A DNA stretch of 42,705 nt from assembly GCA_964404675.1 (NCBI GenBank), contig CAYOLB010000348.1, forward strand, positions 1 to 42,705, in the 5' to 3' direction. A model generated the notes under the pieces. That model had not been told where the DNA came from, made no database searches, and saw only the letters and a list, made by a program, of their open reading frames with translations. The translations under genes were made by a program, and so were the position numbers. This document shows positions 19,382-29,176 of this stretch, piece by piece; within the stretch, counting starts at the first letter, position 1, and each line of letters begins with the position of its first letter. Source of the stretch: an uncultured Atribacterota bacterium (GTDB lineage: Bacteria; Atribacterota; Phoenicimicrobiia; Phoenicimicrobiales; Stramentimicrobiaceae).

Positions 19382-20779
19382 TTATATCCCTAGCCTATTC
19401 TTGATTTCTCTTGCCGCAATAACACCTGAAATAGATGCCTGAATTAACCCCCGAGTAATCCCAGCTCCATCACCAACTGCAAAAAGATTTTTAATCTTGG
19501 TTTCAAGATTTTTAGACAGCTCTAATCTAACTGAATAGAACTTTATTTCTACTCCATACAATAAAGTCTGTTTGCAAAATACTCCAGGGGCAACCTTATC
19601 CAATGCCTGTAACATCTCAATAATGTTACTCAATATCCGATAGGGTAAAACAAAACTCAAATCTCCAGGAATAGCACTGTTAAGAGTAGGAGTAACAACT
19701 GAATGTCTTATTCTTTCAACAGTTGATCTCCTTCCTGATATTAAATCACCCAAACGCTGGATGATTACACCCCCGCTTAAAATATTCGCTAAATTGGCAA
19801 TGTGTTTTCCATATGCAATTGGCTCTTTAAACGGTTCAGTAAAATTAGTGCTTACAAGCAATGCAAAATTTGTATTTTCTGTTTTTTTCTCTTTGTAGCT
19901 ATGCCCATTCACGGTAGTGATGCCATCATTATATTCAATTACAACTTCCCCGTGGGGGCACATACAAAATGTTCTAACCTTATCATCAAATTGAGTGGAG
20001 AAATAAATCAATTTTGATTCATATAATGTCTTTGTCAAGTGTTCCATTATAATAGCTGGTAATTCTACCCTTACACCAACATCTATAGGGTTATTATATA
20101 CCTTTAAATGATATTTGATTGCCTGTCTTTTCAGCCATTCAGAACCCACTCTACCAGGAGATAAAATAACATATTTGCAATTTATGGTTTCTCCTTCAGT
20201 TGTTCTAACCCCAGTTATTAAATTACCTTCTTTGATTATTTCCTTAACTTCGGTTGAGGTTCTTATCTCAATCTTTTCTTTTAGTGAATAAAAAATATTG
20301 CTTAACACTGTAAAACAGTTTTCAGTACCCAGGTGTCGAATCCGAGCTGGTATAAACTTAAGATTTGCTTTTGCTGTTTCCTGACTAATAATATCAATTT
20401 TTTCCTGATTGCTTCCGTAAATCTTTTCATCAGCCCCATATTGAAGATAAATATCATCTACGTATTTTATACAATCAGATAATTCCCCTTCTGACAAATA
20501 TTCAGAAAGAAGTCCTCCAATACTAGTAGTCAAATTAAGTTTACCATCACTGAATGCTCCAGCACCACCCCAACCGGACAATAATGAGCAAGGATTACAC
20601 TTCTGACAGGGTATTTTATATTCCCTCATGGGACACTTTCTCTGGTTAATATTTTTGCCCTTTTCCAATATTAATATTTTCAGATTGCTATTACTTTTCA
20701 ATAATTCTATTGCCGAAAAAATACCTGCTGGACCAGCGCCTACTATTATAACATCATATTGCTTCCCCATTCCTCTCAC
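19382..20779 (-). CDS. Uncharacterised FAD-dependent dehydrogenase (COG2509-like) with a Cys4 cluster
   Basis: DVIIVGAGPAGIFSA is a dinucleotide-binding motif. CPMREYKIPCQKCNPC is also present. It is overlap-adjacent to surE. Confidence 0.75.
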   Translation of the reverse strand: MRGMGKQYDVIIVGAGPAGIFSAIELLKSNSNLKILILEKGKNINQRKCPMREYKIPCQKCNPCSLLSGWGGAGAFSDGKLNLTTSIGGLLSEYLSEGELSDCIKYVDDIYLQYGADEKIYGSNQEKIDIISQETAKANLKFIPARIRHLGTENCFTVLSNIFYSLKEKIEIRTSTEVKEIIKEGNLITGVRTTEGETINCKYVILSPGRVGSEWLKRQAIKYHLKVYNNPIDVGVRVELPAIIMEHLTKTLYESKLIYFSTQFDDKVRTFCMCPHGEVVIEYNDGITTVNGHSYKEKKTENTNFALLVSTNFTEPFKEPIAYGKHIANLANILSGGVIIQRLGDLISGRRSTVERIRHSVVTPTLNSAIPGDLSFVLPYRILSNIIEMLQALDKVAPGVFCKQTLLYGVEIKFYSVRLELSKNLETKIKNLFAVGDGAGITRGLIQASISGVIAAREIKNRLGI

Positions 20780-20948
20780 CCTCTTGCTAATATATTATCT
20801 AATATAAACTGGTAGGATATTCCATAAAACATCGCACCTGCAAATTGAATAACTTTAAGAACCTCTAAAAGAGGTTTTGAGTCTCAGGTAAAAAATTCTC
20901 AGATAGCTTTATTTAACCATTACTATCTTCTAAGAAGTTCTTTTTCAT

Positions 20949-20976
20949 GGTTAAATAAAAAACGTCCCGCAGGACG
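20949..20976 (-). terminator. Intrinsic terminator of thrC (minus-strand RNA CGUCC-UGCG-GGACG followed by UUUUUUAUUU)
   Basis: It is a GC-rich 5-bp stem with a tetraloop and a U-tract. It lies 40 nt downstream of the thrC stop. Confidence 0.55.
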
Positions 20977-21015
20977 ATTAAGAAAACTGATATTTATTTA
21001 ATTGTTTGGAAAAAA

Positions 21016-22257
21016 TCATTTTTCTATTATTGAGATAATCTTTTCTTTCAGATTTTCCAATGTACATATTTCTGAACCAAATTTATGTTTGTTTAAGATA
21101 CCTGCATATTTTAGGCCGGAACCGGTTATTATAGCCACACCTTTGTCTTTTTTATTTATTATGCCCTTACTTCTCAATTTTTTTATTGCTAGGATAGATA
21201 CTGCTGCTGCCGGCTGTGCAAAAATCCCCTCCTTAGCCAATAATAATTGACCCTCAAGGGCCTCCTTATCGCTAACAGTAGTTACTATACCATTATACAT
21301 TCTTAATTTTCTTAATAATTCATTTCCACTAGGCGGATAAGGATTTGCAATTGCATTATCGATAGCTTCAGGCTTGGAAATCATTGCAATTTTTTCATCT
21401 TTATTTATCCAAGCGTGATATATCGGGGCACATCCTGCTAGCTGTACACAAATAAATTTGGGTAAACGATTTATTAAACCCTGTTCGTAATATTCCAAAA
21501 AACCTTTAATAATTCCTCTGGCATTGCCCCCTGAACTAGTTGGTATTACTATAAAATCTGGAACAACATAATTAAGTTGTTCGCAAATTTCAAAGGAAAT
21601 ACTTTTTGAACCTTCTATTCTGAAAGGAACATCTGAGTTAAGGAAATAAATCCCTGTTTCTTGCCCTATCTTCAAACTTTCATAATATAATTTACCATAA
21701 TTACCTTCTACTTTAATAAGTACCGGGTTGTATATTAAAACTGGCTGAATCTTTTCTAAAGGTATATCAGCAGATACCAAAATAAATGTTTCCATATTTG
21801 CCCGTGCTCCGTAGGCAGCTACTGAAGCAGCCATATTACCACTAGAAACAGTTCCTATTCTTTTATAACCTAATTTTTTCGCATGTTGCAAACAAACAAA
21901 GGTTCCCCTATCCTTGAAAGACCAAGTCGGATTAACAGTCTCATTTTTTAAATATAGGTTATCCAAATCTAAAATCGATGGTAAGCTATTTGCAGTAATT
22001 AGAGGAGTAAATCCTTCACCCAAAGATGGTTTATTATTATCCTCTGTAGATGAAAATGGATAAAATGGTGCAAATGTATCAATAATATTTTGATTAGCAA
22101 TATAATTGTTGTTTACTGGGTAATGGTCTTTGTGTAATAATTTCTTCTTGGTAATTTTTAATTCCAGTGGTTCTGAACAATCATCGCAACGGGGAAATAT
22201 TCTATCAGATGGATATTCTTTATTACATCCTGTACAGATAAATTTTTCCTGTTCCAA
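21016..22257 (-). CDS. thrC: Threonine synthase (PLP-dependent, fold type II) with an N-terminal Cys4 zinc-ribbon; TTG start
   Basis: SFKDRG is the PLP-lysine motif. The N-terminus FICTGCNKEY...PRCDDCSEP is a zinc ribbon. A GAGG RBS lies 7 nt upstream of the TTG. Confidence 0.85.
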   Translation of the reverse strand: MEQEKFICTGCNKEYPSDRIFPRCDDCSEPLELKITKKKLLHKDHYPVNNNYIANQNIIDTFAPFYPFSSTEDNNKPSLGEGFTPLITANSLPSILDLDNLYLKNETVNPTWSFKDRGTFVCLQHAKKLGYKRIGTVSSGNMAASVAAYGARANMETFILVSADIPLEKIQPVLIYNPVLIKVEGNYGKLYYESLKIGQETGIYFLNSDVPFRIEGSKSISFEICEQLNYVVPDFIVIPTSSGGNARGIIKGFLEYYEQGLINRLPKFICVQLAGCAPIYHAWINKDEKIAMISKPEAIDNAIANPYPPSGNELLRKLRMYNGIVTTVSDKEALEGQLLLAKEGIFAQPAAAVSILAIKKLRSKGIINKKDKGVAIITGSGLKYAGILNKHKFGSEICTLENLKEKIISIIEK

Positions 22258-22285
22258 TTATTTGCCTCAAATCAATTCTAAAATA

Positions 22286-22363
<78 letters not shown>

Positions 22364-22390
22364 ACTAAATATACAATCAACACAAATATT

Positions 22391-22419
22391 ATTATACAGG
22401 AGAGCGTTTATTCTAGCAA
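22391..22419 (-). promoter_or_regulatory. Sigma-70 promoter TTGCTA-17 nt-TATAAT for tRNA-Pro (and possibly thrC)
   Basis: The minus-strand sequence TTGCTAgaataaacgctctcctgTATAAT lies 27 nt upstream of the tRNA 5' end. Confidence 0.65.
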
Positions 22420-22468
22420 CTAAATAGAACAAAGAAATAAAACTTTCTTTGTAGCCAACACTATGGGT

Positions 22469-23593
22469 TTATATTCTAATATATCTTTTACCTTCGACTT
22501 CCCTTATTAGGTTTTTTAGCTCAAGTGACAATAGTGTTTCATTTAATTGTGCCATGCTTAATTCTGTCAAATCAGCGATTTCATCAATATGCAAAGGGTC
22601 TGTAGAAATATACTGCAAAAAAACTTTCTCATGTTCATTTAAATCATCAATATTAATATTTTCATCTTTTTTTTTGGAATTTTCACTACTCTTATTATAG
22701 ATATCCTCTATTTCCAGCTCTTCTATTATATCATGGTAACTATTTACCAGTTTTGCCCCCTGTTTAATCAAATCATGACAACCTTTTGAAAGAAAAGAAT
22801 GGATACTTCCCGGAATGGCAAATACTTCTCTTCCCTGGTCAAGGGAATAATCAGCCGTAATTAGAGCACCACTTTTCTCGGTAGCTTCCACAACCAAAGT
22901 ACCCATGGATAATCCACTAATAATCCGATTTCTTCTGGGAAAATTACTCTTTTCCGGTTTTGTATAGATTGGGAACTCAGTGATTATAGCACCATTTTTC
23001 ATAATCTTATTAGCAATAGATACGTTCTCAGCTGGATATATACGATCAATTCCACATCCCAAGACTGCAACTGTTTTGCCACCTGCCTCTAGTGCACCGA
23101 GGTGGGCATTAGTATCAATACCCCTGGCCAAACCGCTAATGATAGTATATCCCCTGGAGGCTAATTCTAAAGAAATATCTCGGGCAATTTTTCTTCCATA
23201 ATAGCTTGCCTTCCTAGAGCCAACAATGGCTAGGGTCTTCTTGTTATTCACCATATCCAGAAAATTTCCCTGGTAATAAATAATAGGTGGCGGATCATAA
23301 ATATTTTTTAACAATACTGGATAATCATCATCCTTAATAGTAATTACATTAACTTTCATCTTTTCCAACAATAATAATTCCCTATCAGGATTAATATTTT
23401 GTTTCTGGGTTTCTATTTTTCTCCAGGTATTCTGTCCAATATGTAATATCTTGCTAATATCTTTTTTTCTACTATTATTCCAGGCCTCTTCAAGAGAAGA
23501 AAATGATTTTTCTAAATTAGAAAAGCGAATCGGACCAATTTCTTTAACTTTATTCCAGGCTAGCCAATATTTTAATTCTTGTTTTTTTAACAT
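22469..23593 (-). CDS. dprA: DNA processing protein DprA/Smf
   Basis: The Rossmann-like DprA core is GSRKASYYGRKIARDISLELASRGYTIISGLARGIDTNAH...AVLGCGIDRIYP, followed by a C-terminal winged-helix region. Confidence 0.9.
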   Translation of the reverse strand: MLKKQELKYWLAWNKVKEIGPIRFSNLEKSFSSLEEAWNNSRKKDISKILHIGQNTWRKIETQKQNINPDRELLLLEKMKVNVITIKDDDYPVLLKNIYDPPPIIYYQGNFLDMVNNKKTLAIVGSRKASYYGRKIARDISLELASRGYTIISGLARGIDTNAHLGALEAGGKTVAVLGCGIDRIYPAENVSIANKIMKNGAIITEFPIYTKPEKSNFPRRNRIISGLSMGTLVVEATEKSGALITADYSLDQGREVFAIPGSIHSFLSKGCHDLIKQGAKLVNSYHDIIEELEIEDIYNKSSENSKKKDENINIDDLNEHEKVFLQYISTDPLHIDEIADLTELSMAQLNETLLSLELKNLIREVEGKRYIRI

Positions 23594-23626
23594 GTGGATA
23601 ATTTCCCTATATATAATTTCTTGACT

Positions 23627-24160
23627 TTAATATACACCTTTACTTACCAGGATACTGATTGTCCCATTACCTCGGATACTCTCTCCTGGGTTTGGATTCT
23701 GAGCAATTATTTTCCCCTTAGATAATTGGTGATGTAACGAATATGCAATATTGCCAATACTATAACCTAGTTCTGATAATATATCTTCAGCCTCTGGGAT
23801 AGTTTTTCCAATTAAATTAGGCACCTGGTTAGAAGCCCTGCTTCCTTTTACTTCTAATTCCACAGTACGATTCTTTTTGACCTCACTGCCTGGTGGGGGA
23901 TCTTGCCTAACAACATAAAGATTATCATCTTCTCCAAAAAAAGGTTCATCGATAATCTGAATTTTCAAACCAGTATCTTGTAATATATTTCGGGCAGTGT
24001 TAATATCCTTATTTAATACAGAAGGTACATTAACATTGGGTATATAAAAGATAGTCTGATAGGCCAGAAAAGCTGCATAGGCCCCTATCGCAACAGTTAC
24101 TATTATTACGATTAATAAAAAGATAAATCGTCCAGTACCCATTATTAATTTCGTTAACAT
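23627..24160 (-). CDS. Stand-alone membrane-anchored protein with two PASTA domains and no kinase domain
   Basis: An N-terminal TM helix is followed by two repeats of the PASTA pattern: VPSVLNKDINTARNILQDTGLKIQ... and VPNLIGKTIPEAEDILSELGYSIG... Confidence 0.75.
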   Translation of the reverse strand: MLTKLIMGTGRFIFLLIVIIVTVAIGAYAAFLAYQTIFYIPNVNVPSVLNKDINTARNILQDTGLKIQIIDEPFFGEDDNLYVVRQDPPPGSEVKKNRTVELEVKGSRASNQVPNLIGKTIPEAEDILSELGYSIGNIAYSLHHQLSKGKIIAQNPNPGESIRGNGTISILVSKGVY

Positions 24161-24165
24161 CCCAA

Positions 24166-25542
24166 CTACCCTGCCATGTTTTTCTGTAACTTTATCATAT
24201 AAAATCCATCAATATTCTCACCAGAATAACCCGGTAAGAGTTGTATTGACTGTTCTATCTCAGTACTATATTTTATCACGCCATATTCTTTTACAAAAGA
24301 GGAAGTCTCTACAATTGTAAACCTGGTATTATTTTTCAAAAATTTTTTAATTAAACAATCATTCTCTTCTCTTTCTATACTACAGGTAGAATAAACCAAT
24401 TCACCACCTGGTCTTAAATACTTAGAGGCAACATTTAATATTTTCATCTGTAAATTAGTAAATATTTGCAATTGCCTATCATTTAGATTCTTCCATTTTA
24501 AATCAGGCTTTTTTCTGATTACGCCTGTCCCTGAGCAGGGGGCATCTACTAATATCTTATCAGCTTTTTCATAAAAATCAGCACAAAAGATAGTTGTGTC
24601 TTGCAACAGATATTGTATATTACTTATACCCAATCTCCTGCCTTCACTTTTTACCATATCCAACCTTTTTTTGTTTTTCTCAAAGGCAATAATCTTACCT
24701 CTATTCTTCATCAATTGTGCCAGATGAGTGGTTTTCCCACCAGGCCCACTGCACATATCTATAATTAATTCTCCAGGTAAGGGGTCTAATAGCCTTGATG
24801 CCAGCGAAGAGCTTTCATCCTGTATTGAAAACAAACCAGATTTAAATACCTCAAGACCAGTAATATCCATAAATTCTTCAAGTATCAGAGATTCAAACGG
24901 TAGGTATTGTCCTTCTTTAATTGAAACCAGTAAACTGGAAAATATTTTTAGCAAATCAGACATATTGGTTCTCAAGGGATTAATGCGCAAAGTTATTGGT
25001 GGTTTTTTGTTCATAATTTGACAAATATTGATACATAAATCAAGACCATATCTTTTCACCCACCTGTTTATTAACCATTCAGGGAAAGAATAATATTCAG
25101 AGATGTACTTCACAGGGTTTTTATTGATATCAGGCCAGTAGATATTATCCGGTATGCGAATAATTTTTCTCAAGATAGCATTAACAAGATTTGAATATTG
25201 GTAATGCTTACTTTTTTTTGCCAAATTAACCGATTCATTGACTATTGCATAATCAGGTATTTTATCTAAATAAAATACCTGGTAAATACCGATTCTTAAG
25301 ATATTATTAATATCTGAAGGTAACCTCTTGCCTTGTTTAGCCAATGATTGTTTAATAATCCAATCTAACTTTTTCCGAAAACGGGTAACTCCATAGGTTA
25401 TTTCTTGAACCAGGGCTTTATCTTCTTTTTTGAGTGGGTAATGATTAAAATAGTATTGATTTAGGATATTCAGATAGGCATTTTGCTTTTCTACTTTAAC
25501 CAATATTTCTAGAATCAATTCTCTAATATTATCAAATTTCAA
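24166..25542 (-). CDS. rsmB: 16S rRNA (cytosine967-C5)-methyltransferase RsmB/Sun (N-terminal NusB-like domain); TTG start
   Basis: DMCSGPGGKTTHLAQLM is the SAM-binding motif. The catalytic TCS (YSTCSIE) is present. Confidence 0.9.
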   Translation of the reverse strand: MKFDNIRELILEILVKVEKQNAYLNILNQYYFNHYPLKKEDKALVQEITYGVTRFRKKLDWIIKQSLAKQGKRLPSDINNILRIGIYQVFYLDKIPDYAIVNESVNLAKKSKHYQYSNLVNAILRKIIRIPDNIYWPDINKNPVKYISEYYSFPEWLINRWVKRYGLDLCINICQIMNKKPPITLRINPLRTNMSDLLKIFSSLLVSIKEGQYLPFESLILEEFMDITGLEVFKSGLFSIQDESSSLASRLLDPLPGELIIDMCSGPGGKTTHLAQLMKNRGKIIAFEKNKKRLDMVKSEGRRLGISNIQYLLQDTTIFCADFYEKADKILVDAPCSGTGVIRKKPDLKWKNLNDRQLQIFTNLQMKILNVASKYLRPGGELVYSTCSIEREENDCLIKKFLKNNTRFTIVETSSFVKEYGVIKYSTEIEQSIQLLPGYSGENIDGFYMIKLQKNMAG

Positions 25543-25659
25543 ATTTAACTACCTTTATTTTTTCTTAATTTTTTAGCCATTCTTTACACCTGGGTTTAAA
25601 TCAAGTAAATATCGCACCCGCAAAACAATGGCTTTTAGTTTTATTATTCTTTTTTATGG

Positions 25660-26610
25660 TTAAATAAATGAATCCCCTATACTTATGCTATATCCATTAA
25701 TAAATTGAGATACTTCCATCTCTTTAGAGCCAGGCAGTATAAGTTGCTTAATTTTAACACAGGTACCATCACCAGTTAATACCAGTATTCCCTCTTTGCT
25801 TACTCCAACAATATCACCTGGATTTTTTTTACTAATAAATTGATTCTCGTCTGCATTTTCAATCAATGAAGCCTGGGTAATTTTAATTATCTTCCCTTTA
25901 AATTCAGTACAGGCACAAGGTATATAAGCAACCCCTCTGATTAAATTAATAATATCTATACCCTTATTGTTCCAGTTTATTCTGCAATCTAGCTTATTTA
26001 TTTTTCTGGCATAGAAATATTTCCCCTGGGTCTGAGGTATTTTATTATAATTCCCTTTTTTAACATTATTAAGGACTTCTGGGATCATTTTGGCACTTTC
26101 TTCTGCGAGCCTTTTGCTTAATTGTTGACAATTCTCTTCTGGTAATATTTTTATCTTTTTTTGCAACACAACATCACCAGCATCGATTTTCTCGTTCATA
26201 AAAAGAAAACTAATCCCTGTTTCTTCCTCACCCCGGATAATGGTCCACTGAATAGGTGCAGAACCCTTATAATAAGGCAATAAAGAAGGGTGCACGTTCA
26301 GACATCCATAAGTTGGTATACTTAATACTTCACCGGAGAGTATCTGGCCATAGGCTATCAATATAATCAAATCTGGTGCAAACCTTTTTATCTTTCTTAT
26401 AGAATCTTCCGAATTAATGTTCTCTGGTTGAAAAATAGGTAAGTCATGCTCCATGGCTATTTCCTTTATCGGTGAAGACTTTATTTTCTTTCCTCTTCCT
26501 GCAGGTCTATCCGGCTGAGTAATGACTGCTATTACCTGTTCTCCTAAAAGTATAATTTTTTTTAAGACAGGAATACCAAAAGCAGAAGTGCCTACAAAAA
26601 TAATCCTCAA
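25660..26610 (-). CDS. fmt: Methionyl-tRNA formyltransferase
   Basis: The N-terminus is MRIIFVGTSAFGIPVLKKI. The formyl-transferase SLLP/HPSLLP motif is present. Confidence 0.9.
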   Translation of the reverse strand: MRIIFVGTSAFGIPVLKKIILLGEQVIAVITQPDRPAGRGKKIKSSPIKEIAMEHDLPIFQPENINSEDSIRKIKRFAPDLIILIAYGQILSGEVLSIPTYGCLNVHPSLLPYYKGSAPIQWTIIRGEEETGISFLFMNEKIDAGDVVLQKKIKILPEENCQQLSKRLAEESAKMIPEVLNNVKKGNYNKIPQTQGKYFYARKINKLDCRINWNNKGIDIINLIRGVAYIPCACTEFKGKIIKITQASLIENADENQFISKKNPGDIVGVSKEGILVLTGDGTCVKIKQLILPGSKEMEVSQFINGYSISIGDSFI

Positions 26611-26630
26611 AATGTAACCCCCCTTAAATT

Positions 26631-27125
26631 TTAACCATTTTTTTCAATCTCTTTTAATTGATCTTTAATCATTAGCCTCTTGGCTGGACTTAATCTATCT
26701 ATAAATAAGTAGCCTTCCAGATGGTCTATTTCATGTTGCAGGGCAATTGCTAGGAATCCTTCCTGGGCAATCCTTATCTTATTCTCCTCCAAATCAAGGG
26801 CTTTTACGGTAACCGAATAAGATCTTCTAACCGGGGAGTAAATTCCTGGGACACTCAAGCATCCCTCTTCTTCCTTTGTCTCTCCTTCACGTTTAATAAT
26901 TTCAGGATTGATTAATACTACAGCTCCCTGATCTTCAATATCAATAACGATTATCTTTTTTGAAATACCGACCTGGGGTGCAGCCAATCCCACACCTCCC
27001 TCAGCGTACATAGTTTCAATCATATTTTCGGCAAGCCTCCTTATCTCATCATCAACTTTGGCAATCGGTATAGCCTTTTCCCTTAAGACAGGAGAGCCAT
27101 ATTTTTGTAATTTTAAAATAGCCAT
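26631..27125 (-). CDS. def: Peptide deformylase
   Basis: EGCLSVPG and HEIDHLEG are the metal-binding motifs. Confidence 0.95.
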   Translation of the reverse strand: MAILKLQKYGSPVLREKAIPIAKVDDEIRRLAENMIETMYAEGGVGLAAPQVGISKKIIVIDIEDQGAVVLINPEIIKREGETKEEEGCLSVPGIYSPVRRSYSVTVKALDLEENKIRIAQEGFLAIALQHEIDHLEGYLFIDRLSPAKRLMIKDQLKEIEKNG

Positions 27126-27137
27126 TTTTTTCTCCTC

Positions 27138-29156
27138 CTAATTTATTCTCACTGGATCAATATCAATTACTAATTTTACATCATTTGATTTGAATTTTGA
27201 AATATAGTCGAATAAGATTCCTTTTAAATAATCTATATCCTGTTTTTGTGTATCTATCTTAAGTATATAATTTACTTTATGTTTATCCTTTTCTCGCAAA
27301 ACTACTAGATTTTCTCTATTTAATTGCAAATCTAAATCATATTTTGACATTAAATCTGACTCATGCATATAATTAATAAATTCAAAAGCACTTTTTTGGA
27401 CTTTTTCTCTCTTCCTGCTAATAAATTCTATTTTAATCATTTTATCAAGGGGTGGATAATGAAGTTCCTCTCTCGTCATCATTTCGCTTTTATAAAATAA
27501 CCCATAATCCATTTTTTCTATTGCCTCCAAACTATGATGTTCAGCTTGAAAGGTTTGAATCATTAGTGTTTTTGCTTCCTCTTTCGTGGTTAAATTTAAA
27601 GCCAGCTGATAAATATATTGGAAAGACAATTCAGCAGATTTATAATCAGGCAAATTCAACAGAGAATCTGCCAAAATCATTCCTAATAAGCCAACATTTT
27701 GGAAATCCAGCTCTCTAAAGATAAGCTGAGTCCCTATTAAAATATCAATCTTTCCTCGGTTAAAATTGTTGATTATTTTTCTTTGAGTGACAATCCTGGG
27801 GGCAATATCTATATCAAGCCGCTGCACAATCGCCCTGGGGAACATTCTCTTAACAAATATTTCTACATGCTGTGTTCCGAAACCTACAGGTTTAATTTCC
27901 CCATTACCACATTCAGGACAATATTTTTCCATTTTTACTTTCTTCCCGCATGAATGACAAATAGCATATTTAGTATCCCCCTCAACATGAAATGTCAAAA
28001 GATGGCCACATTCAGGGCACCTAAGAACATGACCGCATTGAGAGCAGATTAAATAGCCAGCAAATCCACGCCTATTGTGAAAAAGAATAACTTTTTTCCC
28101 CTTTTTTAAACATTGAATGATTCTCTGCTGTAGCTGGAAACTTATAATTCTCTGGAAAGATTTTTCCTCTTCCATATCCACTATCTCTATTTTTGGATAA
28201 TTTATGCATGTATTTAAGAAAGGCTTTTCACTTTTTAAAATGCTTTTTTGGTTTTGAAAATTCCAATAACTTTCTACAGATGGAGCAAAACTACCCAATA
28301 TCACTTGGAATAATCCTGATTGCCCTCTTTTTAATGCAACTTCTCGAGCATTATAGCGAGGCACTCTTTCTTCTTTATATAATAGGGAATTCTCCTGTTC
28401 TACAATTACTAATCCCAGATTTTGAAAGGGAAGAAAAATATTGGACCTTGTTCCAATTACAATTTTAATATCACCTCTAGCAACTTGAAGGAAACGAAGG
28501 TATTTTTGGGTTTGATTGACTTTTTTGTCAAATATCCCTGACTCATCACCATATTTTTTGTTAATACTTTTTTTTAGTTGCACACAACAGTGCTGATCCG
28601 GTATTAAAAGTAAAACCTGTTTACCTTTCTGTAATGTTTTTTTTATACACAGCTCGTAATAGCGATCTCTTACCTGATAGCTTTTATAATGAAACAAAAT
28701 CGGTTTTTTTAGAATGTCTTCTTTGTATTTAGAAAGAGTACTTTCAAATTTTAATAATTGCTGTTGGTACTTTTTTAATGTATTGTCTTTTACTTTATCT
28801 GTAATTTCCAGATAACTATCAATCTTTTTTCTGGAGGCCTGGGTAGGAATAATATGGGTAATAACGGTCCCTATAGGACATAAATAGTATTTGGAAATCC
28901 AATCAACTAATCTAAATATTTCTGGGGATAAAATTGGGAAATGGTCAATAATTTCATCAATTTCTTTTAAGTTTTTGACATTTGTCTCAGAAAATATTTC
29001 TCTAATAATGCCAATCATCTTTTTATTTCTGAAAGGTACCTGCACTCTCTTCCCAATATCAGCAATTTTTAACATCTCAGAAGGTATAAGATAGTGAAAA
29101 CCTTTCTTTGCATTAATTTTTAATAGGATTACTTCTGCAACGTTTTTCCTGTTCAT
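27138..29156 (-). CDS. priA: Primosomal protein N' (PriA) orthologue with intact Cys-rich zinc-binding region but degenerate ATPase/helicase motifs
   Basis: The Zn region is CSQCGHVLRCPECGH...CHSCGKK...CPECG. Its position between coaBC and def is conserved. Walker A is replaced by HYKSYQVR, DEEH by EQEN, GSATP by GSFAP, and motif VI QVAGRAGR by QLALNLTT. Confidence 0.8.
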   Translation of the reverse strand: MNRKNVAEVILLKINAKKGFHYLIPSEMLKIADIGKRVQVPFRNKKMIGIIREIFSETNVKNLKEIDEIIDHFPILSPEIFRLVDWISKYYLCPIGTVITHIIPTQASRKKIDSYLEITDKVKDNTLKKYQQQLLKFESTLSKYKEDILKKPILFHYKSYQVRDRYYELCIKKTLQKGKQVLLLIPDQHCCVQLKKSINKKYGDESGIFDKKVNQTQKYLRFLQVARGDIKIVIGTRSNIFLPFQNLGLVIVEQENSLLYKEERVPRYNAREVALKRGQSGLFQVILGSFAPSVESYWNFQNQKSILKSEKPFLNTCINYPKIEIVDMEEEKSFQRIISFQLQQRIIQCLKKGKKVILFHNRRGFAGYLICSQCGHVLRCPECGHLLTFHVEGDTKYAICHSCGKKVKMEKYCPECGNGEIKPVGFGTQHVEIFVKRMFPRAIVQRLDIDIAPRIVTQRKIINNFNRGKIDILIGTQLIFRELDFQNVGLLGMILADSLLNLPDYKSAELSFQYIYQLALNLTTKEEAKTLMIQTFQAEHHSLEAIEKMDYGLFYKSEMMTREELHYPPLDKMIKIEFISRKREKVQKSAFEFINYMHESDLMSKYDLDLQLNRENLVVLREKDKHKVNYILKIDTQKQDIDYLKGILFDYISKFKSNDVKLVIDIDPVRIN

Positions 29157-29176
29157 TATAACGATTTACCATTTTC

